NCBI GenBank assembly: GCA_030390025.1
Contig: CM059433.1
Span: forward strand, 21,144,001 to 21,208,000
Length of the DNA stretch: 64,000 nt
Direction: 5' to 3'
Origin: Squalus acanthias
Taxonomy: Eukaryota
Under the pieces are notes generated by a model. The model was not told the DNA's origin and searched no databases. It saw only the letters and a program-made list of their open reading frames with translations. Position 1 is the first letter of the stretch. Every line of letters starts with the position of its first letter. Positions 13,717-27,278 of this stretch are shown piece after piece. The position numbers and the translations under genes are program-made.

Positions 13717-15189
13717 TCTAAGTGGCTGATCTATTATGCCTATTGCTCTGCATTCACTGTATTGTAGAGCTACTTAATGATTCAAAACCAAGCCTTGCTT
13801 CATCTAATGTTAACTCTGTCCACTTCCAGAGTAATCAAAGAAATACACCTGCTAAAGACACGGAGATCCAGTTCAGATCACAAAGGAGTTTCATTGTTAC
13901 ACCCCCAGGTGTAACCCACTGCCCTACAGGTATATAGAGGCTAATGTGAGTCAACTCCCAGAAAAGTAAGATGCTCAGACTACTTACAGGAGTGACTGAC
14001 ACCACTGAATCTGAGAAGGGATCTATGGCAGACCCAAATTCATACCACCCACCAGTCTGTGTTTAGAGTTTCACACCTGGCTTCCGCTTCACTTCCTGCC
14101 CTGTAATATTTGTGCCTTATTACCCATTCTGACTAGTTCACGTTGTGTGCCTCTGGCCTGGTTGACTGTCATTATCAGTTGCTGGTGCCTGAATTCAATG
14201 CCAGTCCCTCTCTCTACAGTGAGAGAATGTAAGGAATGGTATTAGGATGTGAAAAAGAGGCGTGGAGGGCGGACCAAACAGGGTGTGCAATGAGGAACAG
14301 ATGCCCAGGGAATTCCAAGAGATTGCAGGACATGTATAGAAGTGTGTATTATGGAGATTAAAAGGTAGACTGCCACTATGTAGGGTGGAACTGGTAGTTG
14401 ATTGTACCATTCAATGAGGCAACCTGCTGCTATCCCGGCAATGGGTCATTTCTGCCAAAACTGAGTTACAAGGCATTTTTACATTACAGTTGTGCCACTG
14501 ATCCCGAATGCTCAAGTATGACACTACCAAAGAAAAGACGACCCTTTCTTACAAATGTTAATGCTTGTTTTTCCTGGGTCTCCTGATCTGCCAGTTCCTG
14601 AATCTCAGCAGACAGCCTGGTAAATGCGCTGAGTTATAACAAAGTCACTGCTCGGGTCATGCAGGTGTGCAAACTGATCAAAATAGAAAAGGTGCACGTG
14701 ACTCATTATGGACCCTCTAGTTATTCAAATTCATTTAAATTGATTTCAAGGCATGATTGTGTTGCTCGTTAAGAATGTGCTGTGTGCTTTCTCAGCCCAT
14801 ATAAAATGGGGAATGTCAGGAAGGCATTTGAGAGTTTGTGATCTTAAAAGTCTGTTGGAATATTTATAGCCGTTGTTTTGCTTCTTGGATTAATGTCTTC
14901 TGTATTATTTCTGGTCCTTGGTTTTCACATTTGTTTCTCTGCTTTTCCGACCTGTGGATAACTGCAATTTCAGTCACTGCTACCAAAATTCATAATTCCT
15001 CTGGATGTTGCTCTTGTGCCTGTTTTGGAAAATAATCTGAAGAGGGTGAGATGCAGGTCTTGTTTTACAGCAGAGGGGGACTGTTTACAACCATGCTTCC
15101 TCAAGGAGCCATGTTTAATAGATCATGACCGAGCTACTGTGTGCGTCTAGCTCTGCTTCACCAAGCACGTAGTTACAGAGTTACGCAGC

Positions 15190-15625
15190 ATCCTCTAGCC
15201 TGATCTTCAGACAGCGTTGACAACAGAAGGCTGTGTGGGTGACCACAGTCTTACATTTTATTCCATGGGATCATTCAAAGCCATCGAGCGGAAATCTGCT
15301 ACGTCAGTCAATCAGCAGTGCATCGATGCATACAGCAGGTGACAGATATGTTGTTTACCAGGGAAACTCTTTTATGACTTCCTCAATGGAAAGTTGACAG
15401 CAGCATTAGAGGACACTGCATTTTTTCCCATGTGGCAAGTTTCCTAACGTGTAGGGCATTATCGATGACATGCATGTGGCCATCCAGGCCATTGCCATGA
15501 TTCCTAATCTATTGATGTGCATGTGGTCTGTAACATAGTAGAAAAAGTTATTCAAGTGAATGCCTTCAACCTAGTTTTATCTGAAGAAGGAAGGCTAGGT
15601 GGATGTCTCCTAGGTGAGCGGGATA
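15190..15625 (+). pseudogene. old HARBI1-like Harbinger transposase relic
   Basis: Frame-hopping translation gives ..SQSAVHRCIQQVTDMLF.., GIIDDMHVAI, DVHVVCN and GCLLG, collinear with the transposase at 38038. Confidence 0.7.
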
Positions 15626-17914
15626 GTTTCAGGTATGATTTTTGGGCTGTATCAGTTAGTTTTCTCGTGTTCAGTGTCAAGGATCCCTCCCATGAGCAAT
15701 TCCTCAGCTCCCTATGAGCCAATGTGTGACTTGATGCATACAGTAACTGTCAATGTAGCATAGTCCAGGGTCAAACAGAGCACTCTTGTAACTATAAGTT
15801 GCTTGCTGGAAATGCCATGAGAGCTTGTTTCCCTAGTTTTTAGACAAGAGAAAAATAATCACTCCATTAGACCATGTGACGTTGGTTTTAATCGATGAAT
15901 CAGGAATTTTTAAAAGTGTAACAGTAGCAAAGGATAAACACAGTACATTTCATTAGATTGCAACATTTAACGTACAGCTTGTTACCCACAATATAATACG
16001 AGATGCAACATTTCACTAAATCTCCTATTAACACTGAACCTGGGCCAGCGTCCAGAACACAATATTTATACGTGAGGTTGAGTCCACCCCCATGAAGCCT
16101 TCACATGCTCATCTCTGCACAGGCTGCGGAACAGAAATAACTGTTGAATTGGGAAAAAGTGGCTGAATATATTTCTCAACCTTTTTACCCATGACTCTGC
16201 AGGATGTTTCTTGCCATTACTTTTAAGTTCAGATTCTGCAGGCTTTCAAGAGAGACACTCATCAAACAAAAGATGCAATGGCTTTTTTGCAGAACAAAGC
16301 CAACTCTGATAGGTCAGTCATTAAGAGTGACAACATGAATCGAATCTGTAGCATCCAGGCCTGTAACATCCTGCCAAAGACCTGAAGTGATTGAATAAAG
16401 AAGCATCTTGGCAAAGGCCTGAAGTCAATCAAAGTGGTTGAGATGATTACTTGCAGACACCTGCCCTAGCAAAAGCACTGCTCTTTGTGTGCTACATGTG
16501 CTCGTAGTGCTACAAGCTGACCTCATGCTATAATGTAAGGCCAACTCTTGTATAATATTACAGCAATACATCTAGGCCTGACTAAACCACAAGCTGTTTT
16601 TAATAGAAAATTGCACAGCAGCTCTTTATGAGCTGCTGTTGTGCAGGAAATCCCACCCCACAATCAGTGGGTTCCTAATAAGTGCAATCTGGGCTAGGAG
16701 CTTGAAGGACATATTTAAATGGCTGAACTCGGAAGATCGTGCAAGGTTGGTGTCTCTCAAGACTCATGGTGACCAATTTTGCCATCTTTGGAAAACCTAC
16801 CCTAGCATGGGGTATATGTGGTGATATATAAAAGTATTCAGAGAGCTTTGCAAAACCCAAACAGTTAATCAATGTCATCTAAACCTCTCAACATATCGCA
16901 TGCTTCAATGCACTCCACTCTACTGTTTCATTTCTTCTCTAATATATGCTGCTGGACTTCACAGAACTGGTTTTATTTCAATACACTGCTTTTGGTTGTT
17001 GGTGTATAACATGTCAGACGGCCAATACATCTGATAGTGACTAACAATTGCTCCTGAGATTGAATCCTGCAATCCTACATTGAACTGCTAGTGAATAGCA
17101 TTCCCCATGTATATTATGAATAAGTAAGTCACTAATGAAAAGACCAAGACACTTAGCTCTTTTAATTGCAAATAAATGCATTTTTATGCATAGGTTCTCC
17201 TTCATACCCTCTGTGCTATTAAGCTGTGGAATTAAGGGATCTCTCCAGTGTATTTAGTTAACAACTGTGTGCAGAACAAGAGGAAAATTCATGTGGAGTT
17301 AACTGCTTTAATCAACATTTAAAGCTAAAGGTTAATTTTGGCCATAAATTTTCTCAATTATGATAATTACCACTTATTCAAAGAGATAGATGTACTTTCT
17401 AAAAGCTAGGCTTTTATTAGCATTTGCGGTTAAAGGAATGATTTTGCCATATTGGTGATTTTTTTGAGCCAGGATCAGTTAATTCCTGAAACAGATTCCT
17501 TGAAATATCCCAGTGGAGTATCACTGTGCTGGCCAAAGGAAAACAATTCTGTTGCACTTTTTCCCCCCTGAAAACTAAGATAAGAAAATGACGGGCTTGT
17601 ACTGGTAGCTGTGACCTAACAACAATGGGACAATGTGACTCCAATGCCTGGAATTAACTTTTAACTTTCAGAATTTAATTTTATTTGGTAGTATCATAAT
17701 AATGATTTCACCACCAGCAATGGCAAGTTAAGGCAAACAGCTTCTGCAGCCATAAAACTTAATCAAGAATTCATCTTTTCATTGTCATTAATTGATCCAA
17801 CACTGCATAGAAGAGACAATCACAATTTAAAAAAAAAATAGCCTGGAAGTTGCACTGTGTGATATTATTGTACAAACTTGAATGTATCAAATTCCTCTGT
17901 CCATTATTTTAATG

Positions 17915-18022
17915 ATGTGGAGATGCCGGCGTTGGACTGGGGTGGACGAAGGAGCGATAGCTCCGAAAGCTTGTAAAATTAAATAAATCTGTTGGACTAT
18001 AACCTGGTGTTGTGCGACTTCT
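17915..18022. mobile_element. tiny Penelope-like insertion with an inverted segment
   Basis: 13-bp direct repeat cattattttaatg at 17902 and 18023; internal gacgaaggagc-gata-gctccgaaagctt (hammerhead stem II plus GAAA) and aataaa..tgttggactataacctggtgttgt. Confidence 0.75.
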
Positions 18023-18599
18023 CATTATTTTAATGGAAGCATTAATCTGCCTTGAATAACCTGTTTAAAATGGGGGTTAATGCTTTTATTAAAATAGCAG
18101 ACCAAGGGATTTGATACAAACAGGTCTTGAGTACTCTGTGAGACATGTGATGTAGTAAATAAACTAATCACATTGAACAGATAGTGTTGCTGGCAGTGTT
18201 ACCCTGCTATCACAATATGCAAATCCAGACCATATATAACGAAAATCACAAACCTGTAAAAGGAGTAAGACGGTAGTTCATTGCACTCTTGGTGTTCTCA
18301 CATTCTACTTAATGATTGACCTGTCATGTCTGATAAATGGGGCAGGACTCATTATTTTGCATTACTAGTTAATTGCTCAATGTCAGTTGAATTTGGTTTT
18401 CTTCATATACAACACGATGGAGTTATCTTGGTGGAGTTCGGAGAGAGACTTCAGAGCCACATAGTGGCCAGAGTTTGTAACTACATGTGACAGCGATTGC
18501 AGGAAAATTGATGGGAAAGGTTGACGTACCAATTTTACAATGGTGAATGTTCACCAAAAAGCATAACCAACAATCATGAAGATGTGAAATAAGGTTGTG

Positions 18600-19043
18600 G
18601 TTAAGAAGTGTTAAGAATTATGAGAACAGGTTGCATAGACTAGGCATGTATTCTCTCGCGTATAGAAGATTAAGGGATGATTTAATTGAGGAGTTTAAGA
18701 TGATTCAAGGAGTTGATGGGGTAGGTGGAGAGAAACAATTTCCTCTGGTGGGGGGAGGGTCCGGGACAAGGGGACATAACCTTAAAATTAGAGCTAGGCT
18801 ATTTAGGAGTGATGTCGGGAAACACTTCTTCACACAAAGTAGAAATCTGGAACTTTCTCCCTCAAAAAACTGTTAAGGCTAGGTCAATTGAAAATTTTAA
18901 AACTGAGAATGATAGGTTTTTGTGAGGCAAGGGTATTAAGGGATATTGAACCAAGGCGGGTAGATGGAGTTACAGATCTCATTGAATGGCAGAACAGGCT
19001 TGAGGGGCTGTATGGCCTACTCCTGTCCCTGTGTTCTTGTGTT
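18600..19043 (+). mobile_element. CR1 LINE 3' fragment
   Basis: YENRLHRLGMYSLAYRRLRDDLIE...TRGHNLKI; tail gaggggctgtatggcctactcctg. Confidence 0.88.
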
Positions 19044-19787
19044 CACCCTCAAGATGTTTAACAACATATAGATTTTGAGATTTTTATTCCTCTGCCAGTG
19101 GTTAGGTTATATACCCACGTAACTTGATAAGGAAAATGAAGATGTAGAGGAAAGTTGGCAGGACAAATATTTAAACTCACAGAACAGTTAAAGTTTAGTC
19201 AATGAAGCTTAATTTATCAAATATGCCAAGTAGAATCTTCAATAATAGGATGATTTTCCTCAGTTTAGCTCCCAAATACTGTCTGAAAAAAGGGTGCTAT
19301 GCATATGGAAAATGGCTGCTCATTTTCTTTCTCCATTCTGCTCCTGAATAGTAGTGCAGCAACAATTTTCAGACGGTTAAACTTGACTTCATCTGAAGAG
19401 AGTGCCGCAATGTAAATTGGATGCAAATGCATGTCTGACACCTTTGCCCTCAGATGTCCTGCTCTGGTGCCAGGTGCATTATCAGGGCAAACTGCTCCCA
19501 GAAAAAAACCTGGCACGGCAGCTTCCACAGTTGCTATTTTGGTATCACCTGTCTCGAGGGACAGGCAACAAATAGTCGAGAAACGTCTTGATTTTTTTTC
19601 TTTTGCTTTTTGAATAAAAATTGGTTCTGCCGCTCTTGCTTGTTGCCAAAAGCTGCTGTGAGTCCTTTGCACTTAGTGATGGAGGCTGTGTTTAGTACTC
19701 TGCCACAGTCGTCTAACCCCTACCATCCTTTTTGCACTATGGCTTATTTGGGAGCAGGTGAGAGAAAACAGCCACAAGCCCCCTTGA

Positions 19788-20218
19788 CGACGACAACAAC
19801 AACAACAACTTGTATTTATATAGCGCCTTTAACGTAGTAAAACGTCCCAAGGCACTGCACAGGAGTATTTTAAGACAAAAAATTTGACACCGATCCACAT
19901 AAGGAGAAATTAGGGCAGGTGACCAAAAGCTTGGTCAAAGAGGTAGATTTTAAGGAGCGTCTTAAAGGAGGAAAGAGAGGTAGCGAGGCGGACAGGTTTA
20001 GGCAGGGAATTCCAGAGCTTAGGGCCTAGGCAACAGAAGGCACGGCCACCAATGGTTGAGCGATTATAATCAGGGATGCTCAAGAGGGCAGAATTAGAGG
20101 AGCGCAGATATCTCTGGGGGTTGTGGGGCTGAAGAGATTACACAGATTGGGAGGGGCGAGGCCATGGAGGGATTTGAAAACAAGACTGACAATTTTGAAA
20201 TCGAGGCGCTGCTTAACA
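19788..20218 (-). mobile_element. L2 LINE 3' fragment
   Basis: KQRLDFKI..LVFKSLHGLAP; tail aaggcgctatataaatacaag(ttg)n; near-identical to the 45492 copy. Confidence 0.9.
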
Positions 20219-20795
20219 ACTGCTGAAAACATTTGCCTGGTCCTCTCCTGAGCCACTAACAAGAGTAGGAATACCCACTTCCCCGAACGTACTCCTGTTC
20301 CATGCAACCTGGAATAGAATAAGTCTCACAGTCAAACCAACACCCTGCTCCTATTCCTACACTATCATTCCTCATGCACTTGTTCCCCCTGTTCCTCAAC
20401 CTACTGCTTAGCTCAACAGTGCCACCCTCTTGCCAATTCCCTGCAAGATAAACTGCGGAGGTGCACAGACTGCGACTGGGGGTGTCGCTGCCATCCCAGT
20501 CATGGCACAGGAGCCTGAACTCATTTACTGGTCAGATCTTTTAAATAAACTTCAAGACCACTGACATGCAAATCATAGTTTCTGACACACAGAAATTAAA
20601 TTAAGATAAAAAATCCCCCCCCCCCCCACCCCATTACCTTTTTTAAGTCTCTCATGGGTGTTTTACTCTACCTGTCCCTTTAATGGTGCTGCTGCCTTTA
20701 ATGCCTAAATTGCACACTACCTTCCTGTCCTCAGCAGCACCACACTCAAAAGATTGCCTCCAACTGTGCCTGAATTCTGCCCTGTCCATGTTAAT

Positions 20796-21552
20796 GGGCT
20801 GAATATTCCGATCCCTACGGGTGTGTACGCGCTGTGTACCCACCCGTAGGGACATTGGAAATGCCGGTTTCAGGCATGCACAGCGCAGGCGCTGAAAACC
20901 AGCATTTCCGATCTGTCAAGAATGGTCTTGACAGATCCTCTGGCTGCCCTGGAGAAGGGCCTCTGCGAGCGGATAGTTCCGCTTTTTGGAGACCCTCCGC
21001 CCGCAGAAAACACTTACAATTCTTACGCCTGGTAAAAGCAGGCGTATGGCCTGCTTTTACCAGGATAAGAGTAGAAAAAAGTTAAAAAAAAAAAATTTCA
21101 CTGATTTATCATTTAAAAATACTTTTAAAAAAGGTAAGTTTATTTTTAGCCCCGTAAAATACTTTAATTATTTTTTTCAAAAAATTAAATTTTTGTTTAA
21201 AATACTTAATTTATTGTAATTTCAAGTCATTTTAAAAATGTGATGTTTTTTAAAATTTATTTAAAGTTTTACTATGTTCTTTCATTGATCTCCATTCATA
21301 TATTTGACAGGTCTTCCTGTCAAATGTATGAAGGGAGATTCCCTTCTGTGATTGGCTCCCCATGACCCACGTGATCCCAGGGACGCTGCGAACTACATGC
21401 GCCCCTGAGATACGTGGGCCCTGCGCACTTGGAGTTTGGTGAGGCCCAGGAGCGGAACTGTGCGTGTCCCGGGAGCCCTCAGGTAAGGGCGCACATTTTT
21501 CCAGATCGCAGGCCTCCGCCCGCGGGAGGCCTGCGATCGGAAAATACGGGCC
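20796..21552 (+). mobile_element. Harbinger-type MITE, family A (divergent subfamily)
   Basis: TIRs gggctgaatattccgatc / gatcggaaaatacgggcc; flanks aat/att; AT-rich core and ttgacag..ctgtcaa hairpin shared with the 44308 copy. Confidence 0.8.
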
Positions 21553-21934
21553 ATTGAAGCTGATCATGAAATACTGGTGCTCTGTCGCTTCATAAGGCAC
21601 AGTACACTTCTGGTGCACTGCTCACACATTGTCCCTAACAGCGCCTAGCAAGGAAAATCAGCCCGAATAACTTTCTTTCCGAAAAAAAGCCGCCTGGTAT
21701 TTCATTTGAAGAATTATTTTACCTCCTCTTGTTTCCCTCCTCACTTCCTGAATGTGTTGGAACTCATACCATAACATGGGTGTGGTTCCATGGGTAGCAG
21801 CCACTCTCCAGTTCTTTGCCATGCTCAATATTCCTGATGTCTGAGCCCAGGCAGTAGAGGGTAGATTTTTAACACAACGCTCAGGTGTAAAACTGCTGCT
21901 GCTGAACGGCCTCCATTATAAAAGCCGCTCGATA

Positions 21935-22160
21935 TTCATTAGTTCTCCCAGTGTCCTGGCCAGCACTTGTCCCTCCAGCAACACTACCATAAACAGTCCA
22001 ACTGGTCATTGATATCATTGCTATTTCTGTGGGACTTTGCTGCATGCAGATTGACTGCTGCATTTGCCTACGCAACAATAGTGACTCCACTTCAAAAGTA
22101 ATCTGCAGGCTGTGAAGCACTTCGGGATATCATGAAGATGTTAAAGGCACTTCTCTTTCT
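21935..22160 (+). mobile_element. decayed DeuSINE 3' part
   Basis: gtgtcctggcca...cagattgactgctgcatttgcctac...gtgactccacttcaaaagta. Confidence 0.7.
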
Positions 22161-22589
22161 TAATTTACCGATCGTACATTCGTCACTTTATGCAGCACTT
22201 CTGCAGAATCTAAGTTGGCAATACTCGTGGATAAAAGCTTAACACACTGGTACGTCATTCCTCTGCCAGCTATTTTAACACAAACATGAATCTATTAATT
22301 TTAAAAGGGTTAATTAACCCATTTATGTAAAGCCGTTTAAGCATTCATATCAGTAGTTTCTAGCCAAAGACTCCTCTCTCTGAGAGAAACAATGTTGTCT
22401 AATTTGATTATTTTAACCTCTTCAGTTTTATGCTCTGCATCTGCCACAGTTAATGTGCTCAATTTTATTTTATCAATTGAACTATTCACATTATGCCCAC
22501 GGAACCTTCTTTTATCTAACAAGAATAATCTAATTTCCTTCAATTTATCTCAGCTCATAAATCTCAGCCAGGGCTCATTCTGTTAAAAT

Positions 22590-23050
22590 TTTCCAGGGCA
22601 GTTATAATTTCTGAAAGTACAAAGGGGGTGCGGTGGTCGTCGTGGCCGGGGTACCCGGATTTAACGGCAGGACTCAATTTACATTTTTGACACAGTTTCC
22701 CGGCTGGCTGCCAGCCACATTGAGAGACTGGTTGACTCTAGGACAGGAAGGCCTGCGACACCAGTTCGCAGCCGGGAGCAGAGAGGAGGGAGGGATGGAG
22801 GGCGGGAGAGATTGTGGGGGGCTGAGGAGGACATCGTGGGCCATCAGTAGATCGTTGGGGTCCGATTGCGGGAGTGGTCCGATTGCGGGGTGGGGTCCGA
22901 TCTCGGGGGTCCGATCGCGGGTGGGGGTGGGTTCTGTGGATCATGGGGAGGGAAGCAGGTTAGCTTGGTGGGCTGGGGTGGGGGGAGCACTCCTGCTCCT
23001 CTTGACTCACAAGCAGTGCTGGAAAAGCACTTACCTGATGTATCCGGCCC
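22590..23050 (-). mobile_element. Harbinger-type MITE, family B (partial)
   Basis: gcactcctgctcct...cacaagcagtgctgg..gcacttacct shared with the 9073 copy; ends unclear. Confidence 0.65.
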
Positions 23051-23799
23051 TACTCATTGATGTTCTGGTCATTTCTCAATTTTTAAAATACACTGATATT
23101 CTGGCATTTTAAGACCATTTCCACTTTTCAGCTCAGACAGTGGGATTGTCTGGGCATCATCACAGTTATTATCAAACAATAACTAACAAACAGAGTAACT
23201 AACAGGAGCCTGATTGCGTAGGTGAGGACCGCTTATTTCCTGCCTGATAGGAAATGTTCCCTTTTCACAAATTATTATGTTTGACACCTCCAGGGCAGCC
23301 ATGGTTAGGCTTTGAATTTTAGGCTATTAGATAGGAGTCTAATTCACTATTAATAGATGTACTGAGGGAACAAGAATGACAATTGTATTTTGTAGTTTGG
23401 CTGATTAATGCTGATCACAGTATTATTTAAAAGTATCACGATCAACTATAGTGATGATTTTTACATTGTAATCTATCCCATAATACAAACTATAACTCAT
23501 TACAAGTTCCCGTGAATCAGATTATCGGATTTCCAATGGAAGTATCACATTATTAGATCGTGACATGGTTGCACATCTTACTGCTAGTACAGACTGGCAT
23601 TCTTAACAGATATAGTTCCACATTGAATGTTTTAAAAGTGAGAAGTTGCCCAGGTAATGTCAGGTTACACTCAATTTGGAGAAAAACTATTGCTCCAGCT
23701 TCCCACCCTCCTCTCCATCCCTACATAGGACCCACCCTACGCCCATCGTTAATGGCTGAGCCATATCCTGACAGACCCCAGAGTTGATCAATGATGCCA

Positions 23800-24190
23800 G
23801 TGTCAGCTGTGGCTCAGTTGGTAGCACTCTCGCCTCTGAGTCAGAAGGTTGTGGGTTCAAGTCTCACTCCAGGGACTTGAGCACATAAAGCTAGGCTAAC
23901 ACTCCGTCTTTTGGACGTAAAAGACCCCATGGCACTATTTCGAAGAAGAGCAGGGGAGTTATCCCCGGTGTCCTGGCCAATATGTATCCCTCAATCAACA
24001 TAACAAAAACAGATTATCTGGTCATTATCAGATTGCTGGTGTTGGGACCTTGCTGTATGCAAAATGGCTGCCGCGTTTCCCACATTACAACAGTGACTCC
24101 ACTTCAAAAAGTACTTCATTGGCTGTAAAGTGCTTTGAGATGTCTGGTGGTCGTGAAAGGCGCTATATAAATGCAAGTCTTTCTTTCTTT
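23800..24190 (+). mobile_element. DeuSINE with internal deletions
   Basis: Head, Deu-domain and tail present; central segment missing relative to the 10322 copy. Confidence 0.9.
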
Positions 24191-25023
24191 GATGTACTGA
24201 TCTGTTGGTGTGAGTGAGGTACCTTGATTAATATTCCTTCAGTTGTGACATCCAGGTTACACTGGCTGAACACAATTGTGTACGTTGGCTCTCTAGGAAC
24301 TTGTACGTGTGTGGACTTTCAGAGGAAGCAAATTGGCCAACATAGATTATACCTACTTATAGCTGCATCATCTGCCAACCCGAGGAGTTACCTCATTCAG
24401 GTAGACAGCTACAAATGGAGGTTTCAGTCTACATCATTAGGTTATGCAAAGCCTGGTTGGTTTCTTATGTCAGATATGTGGATGCAATATTACTCCACCT
24501 TCAGACCGTGACTCAGTTTGGTGGAGGTATTTTTCAGTCGGTGACTTTATACTGTGATTTGTGCAGCATATTTATGTCTATTGGCCTTTTTTTTTAATAC
24601 ACTGAGGAATCTGCCATGCCAAAATTGGATTTCTATTAATAAATGGAAAGTAAACAAAAATTTGGAAGCATTGAAACATGATTTGTAATATATTTATGGA
24701 TCACATTGCAGTATTTCTTAGCAGCATAAGAATGTTATTTCTCATAAAACTAGCATGTGACGAGCAAATTGGCTGTTGGCTTGCCATCAAGTACACATGC
24801 CAGGACTCCAACCTATCACAAGAGCAGCTGCTGTGTGCCATACACCTGCATGAAGGCATTTGTATCTGTACTGAGCATTTTGTACAATACACATTTATCA
24901 CATGCACGTCAAAATTTATTTTCTGTAAAAATATTTTATTTGCCAAAACTAGCTGAAGCATTGGAGATCGCACATGCAGTACTTTTTTCAGTTAAGGTTA
25001 AAAAAGGAAGGGTTACACACAAT

Positions 25024-25767
25024 GGCCCAAAAATTCGTGAGGAAGCCTTCGTGCGAGGGTAAGGCCTCCCCGCGATCTCTCACTGCGCGTTGGCTTTTTC
25101 AGTTCCAGCTCGCACGAACTTGATGTTCTGGACAGCTGCTGTGCTGGGCTTGCGTATCCCACCGGCGTAGTTAATTCGTGCGAGCTGTGGGATCACGTGA
25201 CTCAGTTAGAGCCAATGGCAGCACACCATCTTCCATTCATAACTTTCACATAAGTGCTGTGAAAGCTATGAATACTATAGCCCCCCAAAAGAACCGCTAA
25301 ACCTCAATTAAATTTTAAAACAAAACCATCACATTAATAAAATAAGTATAGTTAAATAAATTAACCATTTTAAATAAAAAATTAAATTTTTGAAAAAATT
25401 TAAAATCTTTTAAAAAGTTATAAAAATAAACTTACCTGTCTTTAAAGTCTCTAAAAAAGATATACCTGTTAAAAAAAATTCAAAATAATACTTAATTCAC
25501 TACTTACCTTGTTAAAAGTGGGTCTTACTCCTCCTTTTTTTATGTGTAGAATCTTCCGTACTTACCTGCGCGTTGAAACCACTAAGTGCACTGCATGCGC
25601 GCAGCCTGTAGCGCGCACGCGGTTCACCTAGGACCCGCCCCCTTTTCCATTCACCAAGTGCCGGTTTTCAGCGCATGCGCAGTGCATGCAGAAAACCGGC
25701 AATTGGAGACAGAATACGCGAGAGTACGCAGTGCGTACTCTCGCGTAGCGGCACTAATTTTTGGGCC
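25024..25767 (-). mobile_element. Harbinger-type MITE, family A
   Basis: TIR ggcccaaaaatt / aatttttgggcc; aat TSD. Confidence 0.88.
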
Positions 25768-26326
25768 AATATGTTACCTTCTCCTGTTTCAGATGCTGTT
25801 TTACCTTTCTGGTTTCCTTTCTCCAGTAGTTTTAGTTATCCCCTCAAGATGCTGACCCATGCTGATGTTTGGTTCCACGGGCGCAGGCAGCTCTCCGGTA
25901 CTTCAACCAAGTGCCTATTCTTCATATGTGAGCCTTGACATTGAGTGTTGGCAATCATGGGTGGCATCACCTCTGGGCAGGTCTTCTCTCACCTGGCTAT
26001 TAAACATACTATCCAGAAAGGATCACTAACTGTATAATAATCAGGAACAAAGGCTCCTTTTCCTTTCCTTAGAGCAGGGGTTCTCTGGCCAGTTGTAGCG
26101 CCCTGGGATCTTATTTTTCTTTTTCATTTTTGTCGAATATTTTCTTGGTGACATTGAACATTTCTTCCCACAGAGCTTAATCGGTTAATGTTATTCAACA
26201 GGCTACAGAACAAAAGAAACATTTCTTCAGTACCTGTATGAACGTTATGTAGCACACAGTCTTGCCACATGTCCTAGTAGTGTTTGGTCTTTCAAATGAC
26301 TCTTCCAACTTGCAGGGCTGATATGA

Positions 26327-26488
<162 letters not shown>

Positions 26489-26529
26489 TGATAATCGCAT
26501 TGAACCCAAGTAACCGGTCTCAATACCTT

Positions 26530-26745
26530 ACTGCAAATAAAAATAAAAATAAACAATCCTGGAAATCTGAAATAAAAAAATAAGTAATGGAAATGTCCAG
26601 TCGGTCAGCAGTCACCCGAAGGAGACAGAAAGGTTGTCTTCTGAAGTGTGAACTGAGGAAGGGTCACACCTGAAATGCTAATTGATCTCTTGCTTTCACA
26701 TGTTTGCTGATCATTGCGAACATTTTCTGTTTTTATTTTAGAATG
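26530..26745. mobile_element. decayed Penelope-type inverted pLTR pair
   Basis: ctggaaatctgaaataaaaaa... then ctgaggaagggtcacacctgaaatg...cattttctgtttttattttaga; same layout as the 50079 insertion. Confidence 0.6.
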
Positions 26746-27278
26746 TCTTTCTCTCCTGTTAAGATAATTTGTTTGGGGTCTTTTTGTTTTGGTGGGACAG
26801 GAGTGTGAAATCTTTCTTTCCTGAGTCAGCATTGATCTCCAAGCCCTGCTTTGTGCAGCTGAGAGGTCAGGTGGAGAAGCCCAACCTCTGCCAATGTTGC
26901 TCTGAGTCAGTTCTCCAAAAGTACGTGAGAGCGGAGTTATGATGACAACTCTTCTCTCCCCCAGCCTGGTAAGAATGTGTCTTCCCTCCGTTTAACATCT
27001 CCCCTTTTCAGTGGTGCTCCCAAGAATGGAAACTCTAGGGTCGGGATCAAACCGAGGTCATCTCATGCTTCATTATTGTCCTGACAGATTTTAGCTGCCA
27101 CACAGCTTGTAGTCACCTTGGAGGCAAAATTTCTCCTGTTGATATTTCTAGTGAAAAAGTCTGTGTGGGGAAAGCCCATTTCTGTACTCGCAAACTTTTC
27201 ACTAAAATTATCAACAGGAATAATAACCCCTTATTTCTTGTTCCTTTGTAGCTAACTGGTGTGCTTTAAATGGTATTA

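Noticed and set aside
19265..19672. 135-aa minus-strand ORF
   Set aside because: No recognisable domain or splice context; likely a chance ORF.
24678..25062. Overlapping ~90-100 aa ORFs on both strands
   Set aside because: No CUB/sushi or other recognisable motifs and no convincing splice-site pair.
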